Made by a program: the position numbers and the translations under genes. A DNA stretch of 64,000 nucleotides from Alphaproteobacteria bacterium. GTDB lineage: Bacteria > Pseudomonadota > Alphaproteobacteria > GM7ARS4 > G965262615. Where the stretch lies: positions 1,056,001 to 1,120,000 of the forward strand of contig OZ253545.1 in the NCBI GenBank assembly GCA_965262615.1. Direction: 5' to 3'. Below the pieces are notes generated by a model that made no database searches, was not told the DNA's origin, and saw only the letters and a list, made by a program, of their open reading frames with translations. Below, piece after piece: positions 41,679 to 52,556 of this stretch. The first letter of the stretch is position 1, and each line of letters opens with the position of its first letter.

Positions 41679-42854
41679 TTATGATGGATTGATTGCATTG
41701 TTGTCAATAAGTCCCATCAGTTTTTGCGTGATGGCGCGGCTGTGCTGGTCTTGTTTTTCCACATCATCCCATGAAGAGACATTGTGATAATCCCCTTCCT
41801 CCAGCACCTCTCCCACCAATTGGGTGATGCGAGGAAAGGCAATGCGCTTGTCTAAAAATGCGGCAACGGCGACCTCATTGGCGGCATTAAAGGCGATGCT
41901 TGCGCCGTTGCCCGCACGATAGGCTTGGCGCGCCATTGATAAGGAGGGAAAGCGTTTGTCATCGGGCGGCATGAATTCAAGAGACAGAGGCTGAGTGAAA
42001 TCAAGAGGAGCAACGGCGGTTTTCATGCGCTGTGGATACGAAAGGGCATAGGCAATGGGGGTGCGCATGTCAGCCGTTCCCATGTGCGCCAGAACCGAGC
42101 CATCCACATAGCGCACCGCCGAATGAACAATGGATTGCGGATGAATGACAACCTCAACGCACGATTCATCCAGTGCAAACAGGTGACATGCCTCAATGAG
42201 TTCCAGTGCTTTGTTCATCATGGTGGCGGAATCCACCGATATTTTTGCTCCCATGTCCCAGTTGGGGTGACGCACCGCCTGTTCAGGAGTGATGTCATTG
42301 AGTTGGTCAAGAGGATGATGCAAAAACGCGCCTCCCGATGCGGTGAGAATCACCGAAGCGATGGCGGTGCGTTGGTGTTCATCAAAGAGCTGAAAAATTG
42401 CGCTGTGTTCGGAATCCACAGGGACGATGCGGCATTGGTGCTGGCGTGCCATGTCCATGACCAGTGCTCCCGCCGCCACAAGGGTTTCCTTGTTTGCCAA
42501 GCCCACAATGGGACACTGTTTGAGAGCCGCCTCCACTGGACGCAATGCCGCAATGCCGAGAATGGCGACAATGACGCAATCAGATGGCATCGCGGCGGCA
42601 TCAATGATGGCTTGTTGCCCCGCCGCCGCCTGCACATCAGAGTCTTGCAGCTGGTTTTTGAGCTCATCATACAAGGATTCATCACCAATAACAGCCACTT
42701 GCGCCTTATGGTGGCGAGCGGCGCGTGCCAAATCGGTGACATTATGCTGTGCCGTCAGTGCCACGATGCTGTAGTCATCGGGATGCCCCGCCACCACATC
42801 AAGGGTGCTTGTGCCGATAGAGCCCGTTGCCCCAAGAATTGTCACACGCCGCAT
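41679..42854 (-). CDS. dxr: DXP reductoisomerase
   Basis: LGATGSIG, LANKE, PVDSEH, HPNWDMG and NAANE motifs. Confidence 0.96.
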   Translation of the reverse strand: MRRVTILGATGSIGTSTLDVVAGHPDDYSIVALTAQHNVTDLARAARHHKAQVAVIGDESLYDELKNQLQDSDVQAAAGQQAIIDAAAMPSDCVIVAILGIAALRPVEAALKQCPIVGLANKETLVAAGALVMDMARQHQCRIVPVDSEHSAIFQLFDEHQRTAIASVILTASGGAFLHHPLDQLNDITPEQAVRHPNWDMGAKISVDSATMMNKALELIEACHLFALDESCVEVVIHPQSIVHSAVRYVDGSVLAHMGTADMRTPIAYALSYPQRMKTAVAPLDFTQPLSLEFMPPDDKRFPSLSMARQAYRAGNGASIAFNAANEVAVAAFLDKRIAFPRITQLVGEVLEEGDYHNVSSWDDVEKQDQHSRAITQKLMGLIDNNAINPS

Positions 42855-43468
42855 GCAAGCCTCCCCTGCCCTGCCATCATGACCGATGCCGTGACGGCAA
42901 CCATCAGCATGGCATCCATGCGATCCAGCAAGCCGCCATGCCCCCTTATCCATGTGCCACTGTCTTTGACATGGGCGACGCGTTTTGCCCACGATTCCAA
43001 CGCATCGCCGCCAACGCATGCCATCAAAAGAACAGGCAGCTGTGCCATCATCACATCATCCATGCCCCATAATGAACTCATCAGCAACACCGCCGCTATT
43101 CCGCAGCTCAAGCCCTCCCAAGTCTTGTGAGGACTCACCCGTGCCATCAGTGGTGTCATGCCGAGCCACCTGCCGCCCAGCCAGCAGAAACTGTCAAAAA
43201 TCACCACCAATGACAAGAGCCACACCACATAAAGAAACGGTGCACAAAAAACCAGCAGTGCCACACAGGCAAAACTCAATGACAGAATCAGCATTCCCAT
43301 CAATATGCCTCGTTCAGAAAAAGACGCATTCGCCATGCGCCACCATTCATAAAGAGCAGTGACCCACAGCACCACCACCATGCCGCTCATCCACAGCGCG
43401 CCCAGCCACACCACCCATGCAACCAGTGCCAGAAAAATCCCCGCCGAGACGATTCGCTCAAAGACCAT
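42842..43468 (-). CDS. cdsA: Phosphatidate cytidylyltransferase
   Basis: SPHKTWEG and KDSG..I.GHGGLLDRMD motifs. Confidence 0.92.
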   Translation of the reverse strand: MVFERIVSAGIFLALVAWVVWLGALWMSGMVVVLWVTALYEWWRMANASFSERGILMGMLILSLSFACVALLVFCAPFLYVVWLLSLVVIFDSFCWLGGRWLGMTPLMARVSPHKTWEGLSCGIAAVLLMSSLWGMDDVMMAQLPVLLMACVGGDALESWAKRVAHVKDSGTWIRGHGGLLDRMDAMLMVAVTASVMMAGQGRLACGV

Positions 43469-44186
43469 AGCGACGCTCCCTATGGACAAAATGATTCACC
43501 GCCGCGCGCAAATCATCACCCGTAAAATCGGGCCATAAACGCTCGCAAAAATAAAACTCACTGTAGGCACTCTCCCACAGCAGAAAATTAGACAGACGCA
43601 ATTCACCAGAGGTGCGAATGAGCAAATCCAGCGGCGGCAAAAAATGAGTTTGCAAATTCTCTGCAATGCGTTCAGGGGTGATGTCCTCAATCGTGCATTG
43701 TCCGTCTTTGAGGGCGCGCGCTATTTTTTGCACAGCCATCGTGATGTCTTGGCGCGCGCCATAACTCAAAGCAATGGTGAGGGTGAGATTTGTCCCCCCA
43801 GCACTTTTTTTCTCGCAATCGCTAATGTTATGGCGAATGTGGTCAGGCAATAGAGCGCGCTCGCCAATCACTTTGAGGGCGATGGATTTCTCGCACAGCT
43901 CATCCACCTTGTCTTTCAGGTAGCCATCCAGCAGATTCATCAAAGCGGAGACTTCTTGCTGCGGGCGATTCCAATTTTCACTGCTAAAGCCAAACACGGT
44001 GAGATAGGGAATGGCAAGCGTGACGGCTTCATTGATGACCTTTTGCAACGCCTCGCCTCCGCGCCGATGCCCTTCAATGACTGGCAGATGCTGCTGCTCC
44101 GCCCATCGCTTGTTGCCATCCATGATGATTGCCACATGGCGTGGCATTGATGTGGGTTTGCTTGCCACCGCTGCCGCAGAATTCAT
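43458..44186 (-). CDS. uppS: Undecaprenyl diphosphate synthase
   Basis: IMDGNKRW, FSSENWNR and RTSGELRLSNF motifs. Confidence 0.95.
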   Translation of the reverse strand: MNSAAAVASKPTSMPRHVAIIMDGNKRWAEQQHLPVIEGHRRGGEALQKVINEAVTLAIPYLTVFGFSSENWNRPQQEVSALMNLLDGYLKDKVDELCEKSIALKVIGERALLPDHIRHNISDCEKKSAGGTNLTLTIALSYGARQDITMAVQKIARALKDGQCTIEDITPERIAENLQTHFLPPLDLLIRTSGELRLSNFLLWESAYSEFYFCERLWPDFTGDDLRAAVNHFVHRERRYGL

Positions 44187-44743
44187 CCCATAGAGAGGAT
44201 ATCGGCTTGTTTCTTTTTGAAAGAATCATCCACGGCGGCAATATGAGCATCGGTGATTTTTTGTGCATCGTTGGATGCTTTTTTGAGGTCATCTTCGGAA
44301 ATGTCGCCATTTTTTTGCATTTTTTTCAGATGATCCAACACATCCCGTCTCACATTGCGAATGGCAATGCGTGCATCTTCGGCATAGCGCGCCGCCACTT
44401 TTGCCAGTTCTTCGCGTCTTTCTTTGGAAAGCTCAGGCAAAGGCACGCGAATGAGCGCGCCGTCACGCATGGGATTGAGTCCCAGATTGGACTCACGAAT
44501 GGCTTTTTCCGTGGCATCCGCCTGTGAGGCATCCCACACCTGCACCGTCAAAGTGCGAGCATCAGACACCGACACGGTTGCCAATTGGTGCAAAGGCATC
44601 AGCGTGCCATAGGCATTGACCTTGATGGGCTCCAGCAAGGTGGGTGATGCTCTGCCCGTGCGCAAGCCGCTGTATTCATGGTGCAGCCACTCCACCGACT
44701 TATCCATGCGTTTTTGTTCATCTTTGAGGTAGTTCTCAATCAT
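44183..44743 (-). CDS. frr: Ribosome recycling factor
   Basis: LRTGRA, GLNP and IRNVRR motifs. Confidence 0.95.
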   Translation of the reverse strand: MIENYLKDEQKRMDKSVEWLHHEYSGLRTGRASPTLLEPIKVNAYGTLMPLHQLATVSVSDARTLTVQVWDASQADATEKAIRESNLGLNPMRDGALIRVPLPELSKERREELAKVAARYAEDARIAIRNVRRDVLDHLKKMQKNGDISEDDLKKASNDAQKITDAHIAAVDDSFKKKQADILSMG

Positions 44744-45452
44744 GCTCCCCTTCCTTTCCAATGGTGGTACAAATGCTGTCGTCTTGCAAGAGGTTTTTGA
44801 GTCCTCCCTCCATTTTGCCAATCATGATGGGCAGTTTGTGTTCTCGTGCCAGAGCAATCGCCACGCCATCCATCACCCGCAAGTCTTTCTTCAGCACTTC
44901 TTCATAGGACAGGTGCTCATATCGTGTTGCATCATGATGAGTCAGAGGGTCTTTGTCATAGACACCATCCACCTTGGTGGCTTTATAGAGGAGGTCGCAT
45001 TTCATCTCAATGGCGCGTAAAGCAGCGGCGGAATCGGTGGTGAAGAACGGATTGCTGGTGCCGCCTGCCACAATCACGATATCGCCGCGCTCTAAATAAT
45101 TCAGGGCACGCGCCAGCACATAAGATTCACACACCGGCGGCATGGCAATCGCCGACATCACCCGCACCCCAAGCCCATGAGCGCGCAACACCGATGCCAC
45201 ATACAGACTGTTGATGACGGTCGCCAGCATTCCCATCATATCGGCATCGCTGTGTTCCAATCCTGATGCTTTGGCATCCTTGCCTCGCAGAATGTTACCG
45301 CCGCCCACCACCATCGCCAATTGTTTGCCGTGCTTCATCACCGCGGCAATATCAACGGCAATATTTTCTAAAATTGGATGACTCACAAGGTGGTCGTGGT
45401 CTGCCAAAGCCTCGCCCGATAGTTTGAGCAAGATGCGATGTGTTTTCTTCAC
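44736..45452 (-). CDS. pyrH: UMP kinase
   Basis: LKLSGEAL, GGGN, MGMLAT and FFTTD motifs. Confidence 0.96.
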   Translation of the reverse strand: MKKTHRILLKLSGEALADHDHLVSHPILENIAVDIAAVMKHGKQLAMVVGGGNILRGKDAKASGLEHSDADMMGMLATVINSLYVASVLRAHGLGVRVMSAIAMPPVCESYVLARALNYLERGDIVIVAGGTSNPFFTTDSAAALRAIEMKCDLLYKATKVDGVYDKDPLTHHDATRYEHLSYEEVLKKDLRVMDGVAIALAREHKLPIMIGKMEGGLKNLLQDDSICTTIGKEGEHD

Positions 45453-46318
45453 GAATCACCCACAGCCAGACGGCAATAGTCGGTCACCATGACCGTGCCG
45501 CCGTTTTGGTCTGATAACTGCTGCAACAACTGTTCAATGGTGAGGGAATCATCCATGATGAAGGATTGCTCCATCAGCACCACTTCTTTTTGCCATTTTT
45601 CGATTCCGCCCGTGATCATTTTCTCCACAATGGCGGCATCTTTTCCCGACTGGTTGGCGCGCTCACTGATGATGTCTTTTTCGCGCGCCACAATGTCGGC
45701 AGGCAGTTCATCACTGGTGCGCGCCAGTGGATTCATGGCGGCGATGTGCATGGCAATCTGTTTTGCCGCAAGATTCAATTCGTCAGAGGGTTTGGGACAT
45801 TGCAACGCCACCATCACGCCGATGCGTCCCAAGCCATCACCGGCAACAGTGTGCAAGTAACGACCCAAAACAGACGGCGCAGTCAGACACCGCACCTCGC
45901 CTAACGATATATTCTCGCCAATCGCCGCCGACAGCTCCAGAATATGGTCACTGACGGGTTTATCGTCCATCTGTGCCTCAAGCAGCGCGGCATCATCCAC
46001 CCCCTCCCCCATACCGAGAGCATGGCGAGCCAGTGCGCGCGCTTTTTCTTGAAATAAATCATTGCGCGCCACAAAGTCGGTCTCAGAGCGCACATGCAAC
46101 AATAATCCTGTTTGCTGGTTTGTTTCCAGAGCAATCAATCCCTCATGCGCGCTTCTGTCCGACTTCGCCGCCGCTTTGGCAATGCCCTTTTTGCGTAGCC
46201 AATCCACCGCCGCTTCGGGATTGCCGTCATTTTCCGCAAGAGCCTTCTTGCAGTCCATCATGCCAGCACCGGTCATCTTGCGCAGTGCCTGCACCTGTGA
46301 TGCCGTAATCGCCGTCAT
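45449..46318 (-). CDS. tsf: Elongation factor Ts
   Basis: [17 protein letters not shown] and MHIAA motifs. Confidence 0.97.
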   Translation of the reverse strand: MTAITASQVQALRKMTGAGMMDCKKALAENDGNPEAAVDWLRKKGIAKAAAKSDRSAHEGLIALETNQQTGLLLHVRSETDFVARNDLFQEKARALARHALGMGEGVDDAALLEAQMDDKPVSDHILELSAAIGENISLGEVRCLTAPSVLGRYLHTVAGDGLGRIGVMVALQCPKPSDELNLAAKQIAMHIAAMNPLARTSDELPADIVAREKDIISERANQSGKDAAIVEKMITGGIEKWQKEVVLMEQSFIMDDSLTIEQLLQQLSDQNGGTVMVTDYCRLAVGDS

Positions 46319-47124
46319 GGTGACTTTTTGGCAGCTTCGGTTTTGGCGGTCTCTGTCGTCTTTTTTTCCTCACCTCTTCGCGGCTTTGCTTTGAGAATCT
46401 CCGCAACAGAATCAGTGTCACCTTTTGCTTGTTCGGCTTGTCTCATGCCATCTAAAATGGCATTCGCCGCCAAAGAACAATACAGACGAATGGACTTGAT
46501 GGAATCATCATTGCCCGGAATGGGATAGTCAATCAAGGCTGGGTCGGCATTGCTGTCCACCACGGCAATCACGGGAATTTTCAACTTGCGAGCTTCCTGC
46601 ACCGCAATGGCTTCCTTGACCGAATCCATAATAAACAACGCATCAGGCAAACCTCCCATGTTCTTGATGCCCCCCAGTGCCAGTTCCAGCTTGTTGTGTT
46701 CACGAGTCATGTGCAGAAGTTCTTTTTTGGTCTGCCATTGTTCCTTGTTGTTGATGGTTTCTTCCAATTGGTGCAAGCGTTTGATGGAACGAGAGACAGT
46801 CTTCCAGTTGGTTAAAATTCCTCCCAGCCAGCGATGATTGATATAAGGCTGACCACAACTTTGAGCCGCCTCAGTGAGAGGCTGTGAGGCATGGCGTTTT
46901 GTGCCCACAAATAAAATACGCCCCCCTCGCCGAGCCACCTCCCGCAGCTGGGTCAATGCTTCGTGCAGCATGGGAACGGTGGACTCCAAATTGATGATGT
47001 GAATCTGATCCCGCATGCCATAGAGAAACGGACGCATACGCGGATTCCATCGCCGCACATGATGCCCGAAATGCACCCCAGCCTCCAGCAGCTGACGCAT
47101 GGTAAAGAGCCGTTTATCGCTCAT
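46315..47124 (-). CDS. rpsB: 30S ribosomal protein S2
   Basis: [18 protein letters not shown] and PIPGNDD motifs. Confidence 0.97.
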   Translation of the reverse strand: MSDKRLFTMRQLLEAGVHFGHHVRRWNPRMRPFLYGMRDQIHIINLESTVPMLHEALTQLREVARRGGRILFVGTKRHASQPLTEAAQSCGQPYINHRWLGGILTNWKTVSRSIKRLHQLEETINNKEQWQTKKELLHMTREHNKLELALGGIKNMGGLPDALFIMDSVKEAIAVQEARKLKIPVIAVVDSNADPALIDYPIPGNDDSIKSIRLYCSLAANAILDGMRQAEQAKGDTDSVAEILKAKPRRGEEKKTTETAKTEAAKKSP

Positions 47125-47139
47125 GAAAATAGCCTCTCG

Positions 47140-47304
47140 TCATTCCTCTAAAAGCTCAAAATCTTCTTTGCGCACACCGCACTGAGGACATTCCCAATCA
47201 TCGGGAATGTCTTCAAAGGCTGTCCCAGGGGGAATGCCGCCATCAGGGTCGCCCTCGGCGGGGTCATAGATAAAACCGCAGACTTTACAGATATATTTTT
47301 GCAT
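47140..47304 (-). CDS. Rubredoxin
   Basis: 54 aa: [11 protein letters not shown]...[17 protein letters not shown]; GGAG RBS upstream. Confidence 0.93.
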   Translation of the reverse strand: MQKYICKVCGFIYDPAEGDPDGGIPPGTAFEDIPDDWECPQCGVRKEDFELLEE

Positions 47305-47409
47305 CGCATTCTCCATCGTATCACTGGCTTGGCTTTGCCATATTTTCATGCGTCTTGCAAGGGGCTTAATACTTGCAGAAGACAGGTATTTTTAGTAATA
47401 GTGTCAACC

Positions 47410-48222
47410 ATGAGTTCTGGCTCACATCTTATGAGTGGGAAAAAAGGTCTCGTGCTCGGAGTCGCCAACGACATGTCCATCGCATGGGCAATCGCACAAG
47501 CGGCTGCCGACGCGGGAGCTGGGCTGGCTTTTAACTATCAGGGGGGCGCTCTCAAAAAACGCGTGATGCCTCTGGCTCAAAAAGTGGGCGCGTCCATTGT
47601 GTTGCCCTGTGATGTGGAAGACGAGGCAGAGCTCAATCAGCTCTTTGATGCCATTGATTCTGAATGGGGAGAATTGGATTTTATCATTCACTCCTTGGCG
47701 TGGGCGAATAAGGATAACCTCAAGGGACGCTTCATGGATGTGGGACGAGATGACTTTCTGCGCTCCATGTCCATTTCGTGCTATTCCCTCATTGATATTG
47801 CGCGACGCGCTCTTCCTTTGATGAGCAAAGGCGGTAGCATCGTCACCATGAGCTATTATGGAGCGGAGAAGGTGATGCCTCATTACAATGTGATGGGCGT
47901 TGCCAAAGCGTCATTGGAGACCACGGTGCGCTATCTTGCCGCCGATTTAGGCAGCGAGCAAATCAGAGTCAATGCCCTGTCGGCGGGACCACTCAAAACC
48001 CTTGCCGCCTCTGCCATCGGCGATTTTCGCTACATCTTCAAATGGAATCAACACAATTCGCCTCTCAGACGCAACATCACTCAGCAAGATGTCGCTGGGG
48101 CGGGATTGTATCTCATCAGCGATCTTTCATCGGGCGTGACGGGAGAGGTGCATCATGTGGATTGCGGCTATCATGTGGTGGGAATGAAAAATGTTGATGC
48201 CCCCGACATCGCCATCGTTTGA
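47410..48222 (+). CDS. fabI: Enoyl-ACP reductase
   Basis: GVAN..SIAW, YNVMGVAKA and SAGPLKTLA motifs. Confidence 0.95.
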   Translation: MSSGSHLMSGKKGLVLGVANDMSIAWAIAQAAADAGAGLAFNYQGGALKKRVMPLAQKVGASIVLPCDVEDEAELNQLFDAIDSEWGELDFIIHSLAWANKDNLKGRFMDVGRDDFLRSMSISCYSLIDIARRALPLMSKGGSIVTMSYYGAEKVMPHYNVMGVAKASLETTVRYLAADLGSEQIRVNALSAGPLKTLAASAIGDFRYIFKWNQHNSPLRRNITQQDVAGAGLYLISDLSSGVTGEVHHVDCGYHVVGMKNVDAPDIAIV

Positions 48223-48238
48223 TGAAAGCGAGCATTCA

Positions 48239-49312
48239 ATGAACTTCACAGGACGCATTCTCACCATGATGACATGGGGGGAGAGTCATGGCGAAGCAAT
48301 CGGGTGCGTGTTGGATGGCGTGCCGGCAGGCATTCCATTACAAGAAGACCATATTCAACCATTTTTGGATGAACGAAAGCCCGCCAGCTCTCGCCATGTG
48401 ACGCAACGCAAGGAAGCCGATCGCGTCACCATTTTATCGGGCGTGTACCGAGATCACACCACCGCCGCCCCCATCATGATGATGATTGCCAACACAGATG
48501 CCCGCTCCAAAGATTATGATGCCATCAAAAACAGCTATCGCCCCGGTCATGCCGATATGACCTATGACATCAAATACGGCGGCTATCATGACCCTCGTGG
48601 CAGTGGGCGAGCCTCGGCTCGAGAGACCGCCGCCCGGGTTGCCGCAGGAGCCGTGGCGCGCCGCATCATGAACCAAGTCACCATTGAAGGCGCGCTCATT
48701 CAGCTGGGTAGCCTCGCCATTGACCGCCAGCGCGTTGATTGGCGCGCCGCCCGTAGCAATCCTCTTTTTTGTCCTCAATCCGATATGCTTCCCTCATGGG
48801 AACAATTGCTTGATGACACCCGCAAAGACGGCAATTCCATCGGTGGGGTGGCGGAAATTCACGCCTCAGGCGTTCCCGCAGGATGGGGTGAGCCTGTGTA
48901 TGGCAAGCTGGATGCTCTGCTCGCCGCCGCCATCATGTCAATTCCCGCCGTCAAAAGCGTGGAAATCGGCGCAGGGATTCAATCCGCCGCCATGACCGGT
49001 GACCAGTATGCCGATGTCATGAAGCCTTCCAAAAACGCCATTCAATTTGCGAGCAACAACAACGGCGGCATTTTGGGCGGCATCAGCACGGGGCAGAATA
49101 TTGTGGTGCGCTATGCCGTCAAACCCACCAGTTCCATTCGCAAAACCCTTGACACCGTGACCCGTGAGGGTAAAGCCACCACCATTCAAACCAAAGGCAG
49201 ACATGACCCGTGTGTCGCCATTCGCTCCGTGCCCATTGCCGAGGCCATGATGGCACTCACCCTCGCCGATGCCATGCTGCTGCACAGAGCCAGAAAAGGA
49301 GACGCGCCATGA
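48239..49312 (+). CDS. aroC: Chorismate synthase
   Basis: GESHG, RPGHAD, SARET and GRHDPCV motifs. Confidence 0.96.
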   Translation: MNFTGRILTMMTWGESHGEAIGCVLDGVPAGIPLQEDHIQPFLDERKPASSRHVTQRKEADRVTILSGVYRDHTTAAPIMMMIANTDARSKDYDAIKNSYRPGHADMTYDIKYGGYHDPRGSGRASARETAARVAAGAVARRIMNQVTIEGALIQLGSLAIDRQRVDWRAARSNPLFCPQSDMLPSWEQLLDDTRKDGNSIGGVAEIHASGVPAGWGEPVYGKLDALLAAAIMSIPAVKSVEIGAGIQSAAMTGDQYADVMKPSKNAIQFASNNNGGILGGISTGQNIVVRYAVKPTSSIRKTLDTVTREGKATTIQTKGRHDPCVAIRSVPIAEAMMALTLADAMLLHRARKGDAP

Positions 49313-49923
49313 TGAATACTTCCGTTTTTGATCTCGCCGTTTGCATGCTACTGGGATTTTCCTGTCCCGAGCCGCCAATTCTGGAAGTCGCCACCGATGA
49401 ACTCGTCATGCGAGATTGCCGTCATCAAAACAGTCAAAATCGCTCCTCCTTGGCGTATGATGCGGCGGGCAAACGCAATGTGGTGGCGTGGGGAGCGATG
49501 CTTTTTAGTGACAATCCCGTCATCATCAAAGACCATCACGCCACCGCCGCCATGTTCTGGCGGACGGGCAAAGATGTTTCGTGGGCTGTGCCAACCATCA
49601 AATCGGCTGCGGCGCGAGAATGGGATTTTTTTCACCTCACCACCACCAACCATACCATCACTCACGACACGCTTTATGCCATGTCACAGCAGAACTATCA
49701 AATGATGCAAGAGGACATTGCTCAAGTCCCTGAAGAATATCGCAAAAAATCCCAACAAGAGTCCATATCCCCTGCGACTCTCCCCATTTCTCTGACAAAG
49801 GAAATTTCGCAATCATGGCTGTGGTTTACTGAATCTTATCAGCGCGCATCATGTGGCGAACAATTGCAACAAAATGACTACAAAAAGACTTATGAACGGG
49901 ATATTTCTCTCATTGCTCAATAG
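49309..49923 (+). CDS. Hypothetical protein, possibly exported
   Basis: 204-aa ORF overlapping the aroC stop (ATGA), with a short hydrophobic N-terminus; no recognised motif. Confidence 0.6.
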   Translation: MMNTSVFDLAVCMLLGFSCPEPPILEVATDELVMRDCRHQNSQNRSSLAYDAAGKRNVVAWGAMLFSDNPVIIKDHHATAAMFWRTGKDVSWAVPTIKSAAAREWDFFHLTTTNHTITHDTLYAMSQQNYQMMQEDIAQVPEEYRKKSQQESISPATLPISLTKEISQSWLWFTESYQRASCGEQLQQNDYKKTYERDISLIAQ

Positions 49924-51790
49924 AAGCTACCATTTTTTTTATTGGACGGCGGCGGTGCTGGTGTTGGCATCGTGTGGCGGCAGGGGCGCGCCCCTTGATG
50001 GCAGTGGTGGCGGAAGTGTCACAGTGGCTGCGGGACGCGTGGGAGGCACTGCCGCCACAGACCCGAGTCAGGCAACCATCGCCTTTTGCCTTCTTGATGC
50101 CAACGGACAAAACTACTCCCGCACTAAGTATGTTCTTCAGAACGGCACATGCACCGAAATTAATCCTTCTTCTAATGCCAGCTTGGCGAATTTTCAAGGA
50201 CGCATCCCCTATGCCGGACAAATGGCATACAACCTCTCATCAGGTAATACCATCACCTACAACGGCAGAACCCTCTCTCATCCCGAGCGCATCGCAATTA
50301 TTGATTCTACTTTTAACAGTGATATGGCAGCCTCTCTGAGAAGCAATGCCTCCCACGGCGATCGTGTGCGGCGGTATGTCTTGCAGGATAGTTTTTTTTC
50401 TAATGAAACTGCCTTCAATCAAATTGATGTCTGCGCCGCTCAAGATGAAGACGACCCAGAACTGCTAGACGGTAGCAAGATTGTTGCGTGCCGTGACGGA
50501 TTTGGGAACAACAAAATTATCAATACATCCTTTAGCAACATGGGTGATTTCTTTTGCCCTGACGATGCCCGTGACAAAAATTGGATTATTGTCACCGCCG
50601 CGGGCAATACCAGAACGGACACATCCCCTTCTGTCGTGCCCATTGATAATGGCATCAGTCAGTGTGCCAGTGGCTCTAATGAACAACAATGGCGCGCAAG
50701 CGATTGGAATGAGTGGAGAGATAACTACCGTTTGATTATTGTCTCCCAAGCCACAGTGAATGACGATGGCAGTATTAATTTGGAGCAAACCCAGTGCGGT
50801 TATACTCAAGATCGCTGTGTGGTGGCAATCAATTACAATAGAGAAGATGGCGGCAGCAGTTTTTCTGCGCCGCAAGTGAGTGCCATGCTCAGCAATATCT
50901 ACGCCATCTGGAAGCATCTGTGGAAGGATGATGACCCCAACACCAGCAGCGTCAATGAGTCTGACTCGTCCCTTTTGGTGAGGCTGTTATTGGAATGCAC
51001 CACGGGGGGGTATCAGACATCGTTGATACGGCGTCCCATCAACGCAGATGAGATTGGGCAAGGATTGGTCACCTATTTTTGTTTGCTGACAGCTCGGGGT
51101 GAAATCAGCTTGCCCGGTGGCTTTGCCGCTCCTTCCAGTGATGCGGTTGGCGGTTTGATGGTGCGTGATGCTCAGGTGCGAGGTGACTCCATCACCATCT
51201 TTGATTCCTATCGCCGCGATTTTCCCTATGAATTTTCGTCATCGTTTCATGGGGCGACTGCCCTGTGGCGCATTGCCTTGTTGCATGACCATTCCTCATC
51301 CGACCCTGCCTATTTTGCCTCGCATCGCGTCATGAGTGATGGGCGGCGCGTCACATTGATTCATGACCGTGAAGAGGGCAGTGTGTTTGTCAATTATGAT
51401 ACAGGTATTTTGTTGGGAGCAACCTACGGCACACGCGGCGGCAATGATTTTGACGGCTCGGGCATTTTTCAATTACGCCAAAGCATGAAGGGCCATGTGG
51501 GCTATCATCGCTGTCATGGCATCGGTGACAATCACTGTGTTCTGACTCATGCCTCATGGCAGTATCAGAGGGTGCGTGCGCCGTCTCACTCTTTCATTGA
51601 ACACATTGACACCCGCCAAAGCGATTTGGCTGTGGGCTGGCGTTATGAGACGCAGGGAGTCTCGGTGTCGGTTGTGGGCGGCTGGCACTCCCCTCTGCGC
51701 GGCACAATTGACTTGAGAGATGGTTCTCGTTACGCCATAAAAGGACAATGGGAGAGACGCATTGACATCCACACCACCCTCACTTGGTAG
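49892..51790 (+). CDS. Subtilase (S8)-like lipoprotein with possible C-terminal beta-barrel
   Basis: Lipobox VLASC; IAIIDS (Asp), SHG (His), AAGN (oxyanion Asn) and GSSFSAP (Ser); C-terminal amphipathic strands ending in Trp. Confidence 0.7.
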   Translation: MNGIFLSLLNRSYHFFYWTAAVLVLASCGGRGAPLDGSGGGSVTVAAGRVGGTAATDPSQATIAFCLLDANGQNYSRTKYVLQNGTCTEINPSSNASLANFQGRIPYAGQMAYNLSSGNTITYNGRTLSHPERIAIIDSTFNSDMAASLRSNASHGDRVRRYVLQDSFFSNETAFNQIDVCAAQDEDDPELLDGSKIVACRDGFGNNKIINTSFSNMGDFFCPDDARDKNWIIVTAAGNTRTDTSPSVVPIDNGISQCASGSNEQQWRASDWNEWRDNYRLIIVSQATVNDDGSINLEQTQCGYTQDRCVVAINYNREDGGSSFSAPQVSAMLSNIYAIWKHLWKDDDPNTSSVNESDSSLLVRLLLECTTGGYQTSLIRRPINADEIGQGLVTYFCLLTARGEISLPGGFAAPSSDAVGGLMVRDAQVRGDSITIFDSYRRDFPYEFSSSFHGATALWRIALLHDHSSSDPAYFASHRVMSDGRRVTLIHDREEGSVFVNYDTGILLGATYGTRGGNDFDGSGIFQLRQSMKGHVGYHRCHGIGDNHCVLTHASWQYQRVRAPSHSFIEHIDTRQSDLAVGWRYETQGVSVSVVGGWHSPLRGTIDLRDGSRYAIKGQWERRIDIHTTLTW

Positions 51791-51800
51791 AATATGAGCC

Positions 51801-52556
51801 ATGACAATCACAACCAGCGAAAAAAAGGAACTGCTAGATATAGGGAAACCCTACTATATGGAACCTCCCTTGCGATTGCTTGAGGATTTTTTGAGTAATT
51901 CAGATAAAAATTATCAAAGTGCGATCAAAGATTCCTTTGATTACATTCACGAATTCATGATTAATGCTGAAGATGAAGTCTACAGCATAATTAATGATAG
52001 AATTGCTCAAGGAATAATAACAGATGCATCCCAAGCAAAAAAAACAATCGCGGGGCATATGTTTTCAAACATGACGCGCTATATCTTCATCAAGAATAAA
52101 GAAGCTGGCAATATTTTTGAAAACACTTTTATCACAACTAAGGCAATAGCAGTCAAAAAATTGGGCGAAGATTTAGTCGTTTATATTGGAGAAGAAACGC
52201 AAAACCCAGACTGCGATATCATCATCTATAATGAAGGGACAAAGAAAATAATGATCCTTTCCCTTAAAACCTCTTTAAGAGAAAGAGCTGGGCAAACCAT
52301 TAAGTGGAAACTTCTTCTTGAAATAGCAACAAGCAAAAATGAAATTAAAAAGAAATATGATATAAGCTATCGCGGTCGGCAGATGCCAATCGTTTGCTTT
52401 GGCACGGTCAATTTTTACAATGAAATTAATCAGCCACAACAAAGAGGGTTGCTTAAATTATTTGATCAATCTTTTATTGCCAAACCGAATATAAAAAGCG
52501 ATATTGTTATAAGCATGTCTGAACTGCCTAATTTTGTCAATGAGAATTTGGGATGA
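51801..52556 (+). CDS. Type II restriction endonuclease (KxxxRER, CCGG-family/BsaWI-like)
   Basis: PDCD...SLKTSLRERAGQ motif; AT-rich; coupled to a methyltransferase gene. Confidence 0.75.
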   Translation: MTITTSEKKELLDIGKPYYMEPPLRLLEDFLSNSDKNYQSAIKDSFDYIHEFMINAEDEVYSIINDRIAQGIITDASQAKKTIAGHMFSNMTRYIFIKNKEAGNIFENTFITTKAIAVKKLGEDLVVYIGEETQNPDCDIIIYNEGTKKIMILSLKTSLRERAGQTIKWKLLLEIATSKNEIKKKYDISYRGRQMPIVCFGTVNFYNEINQPQQRGLLKLFDQSFIAKPNIKSDIVISMSELPNFVNENLG

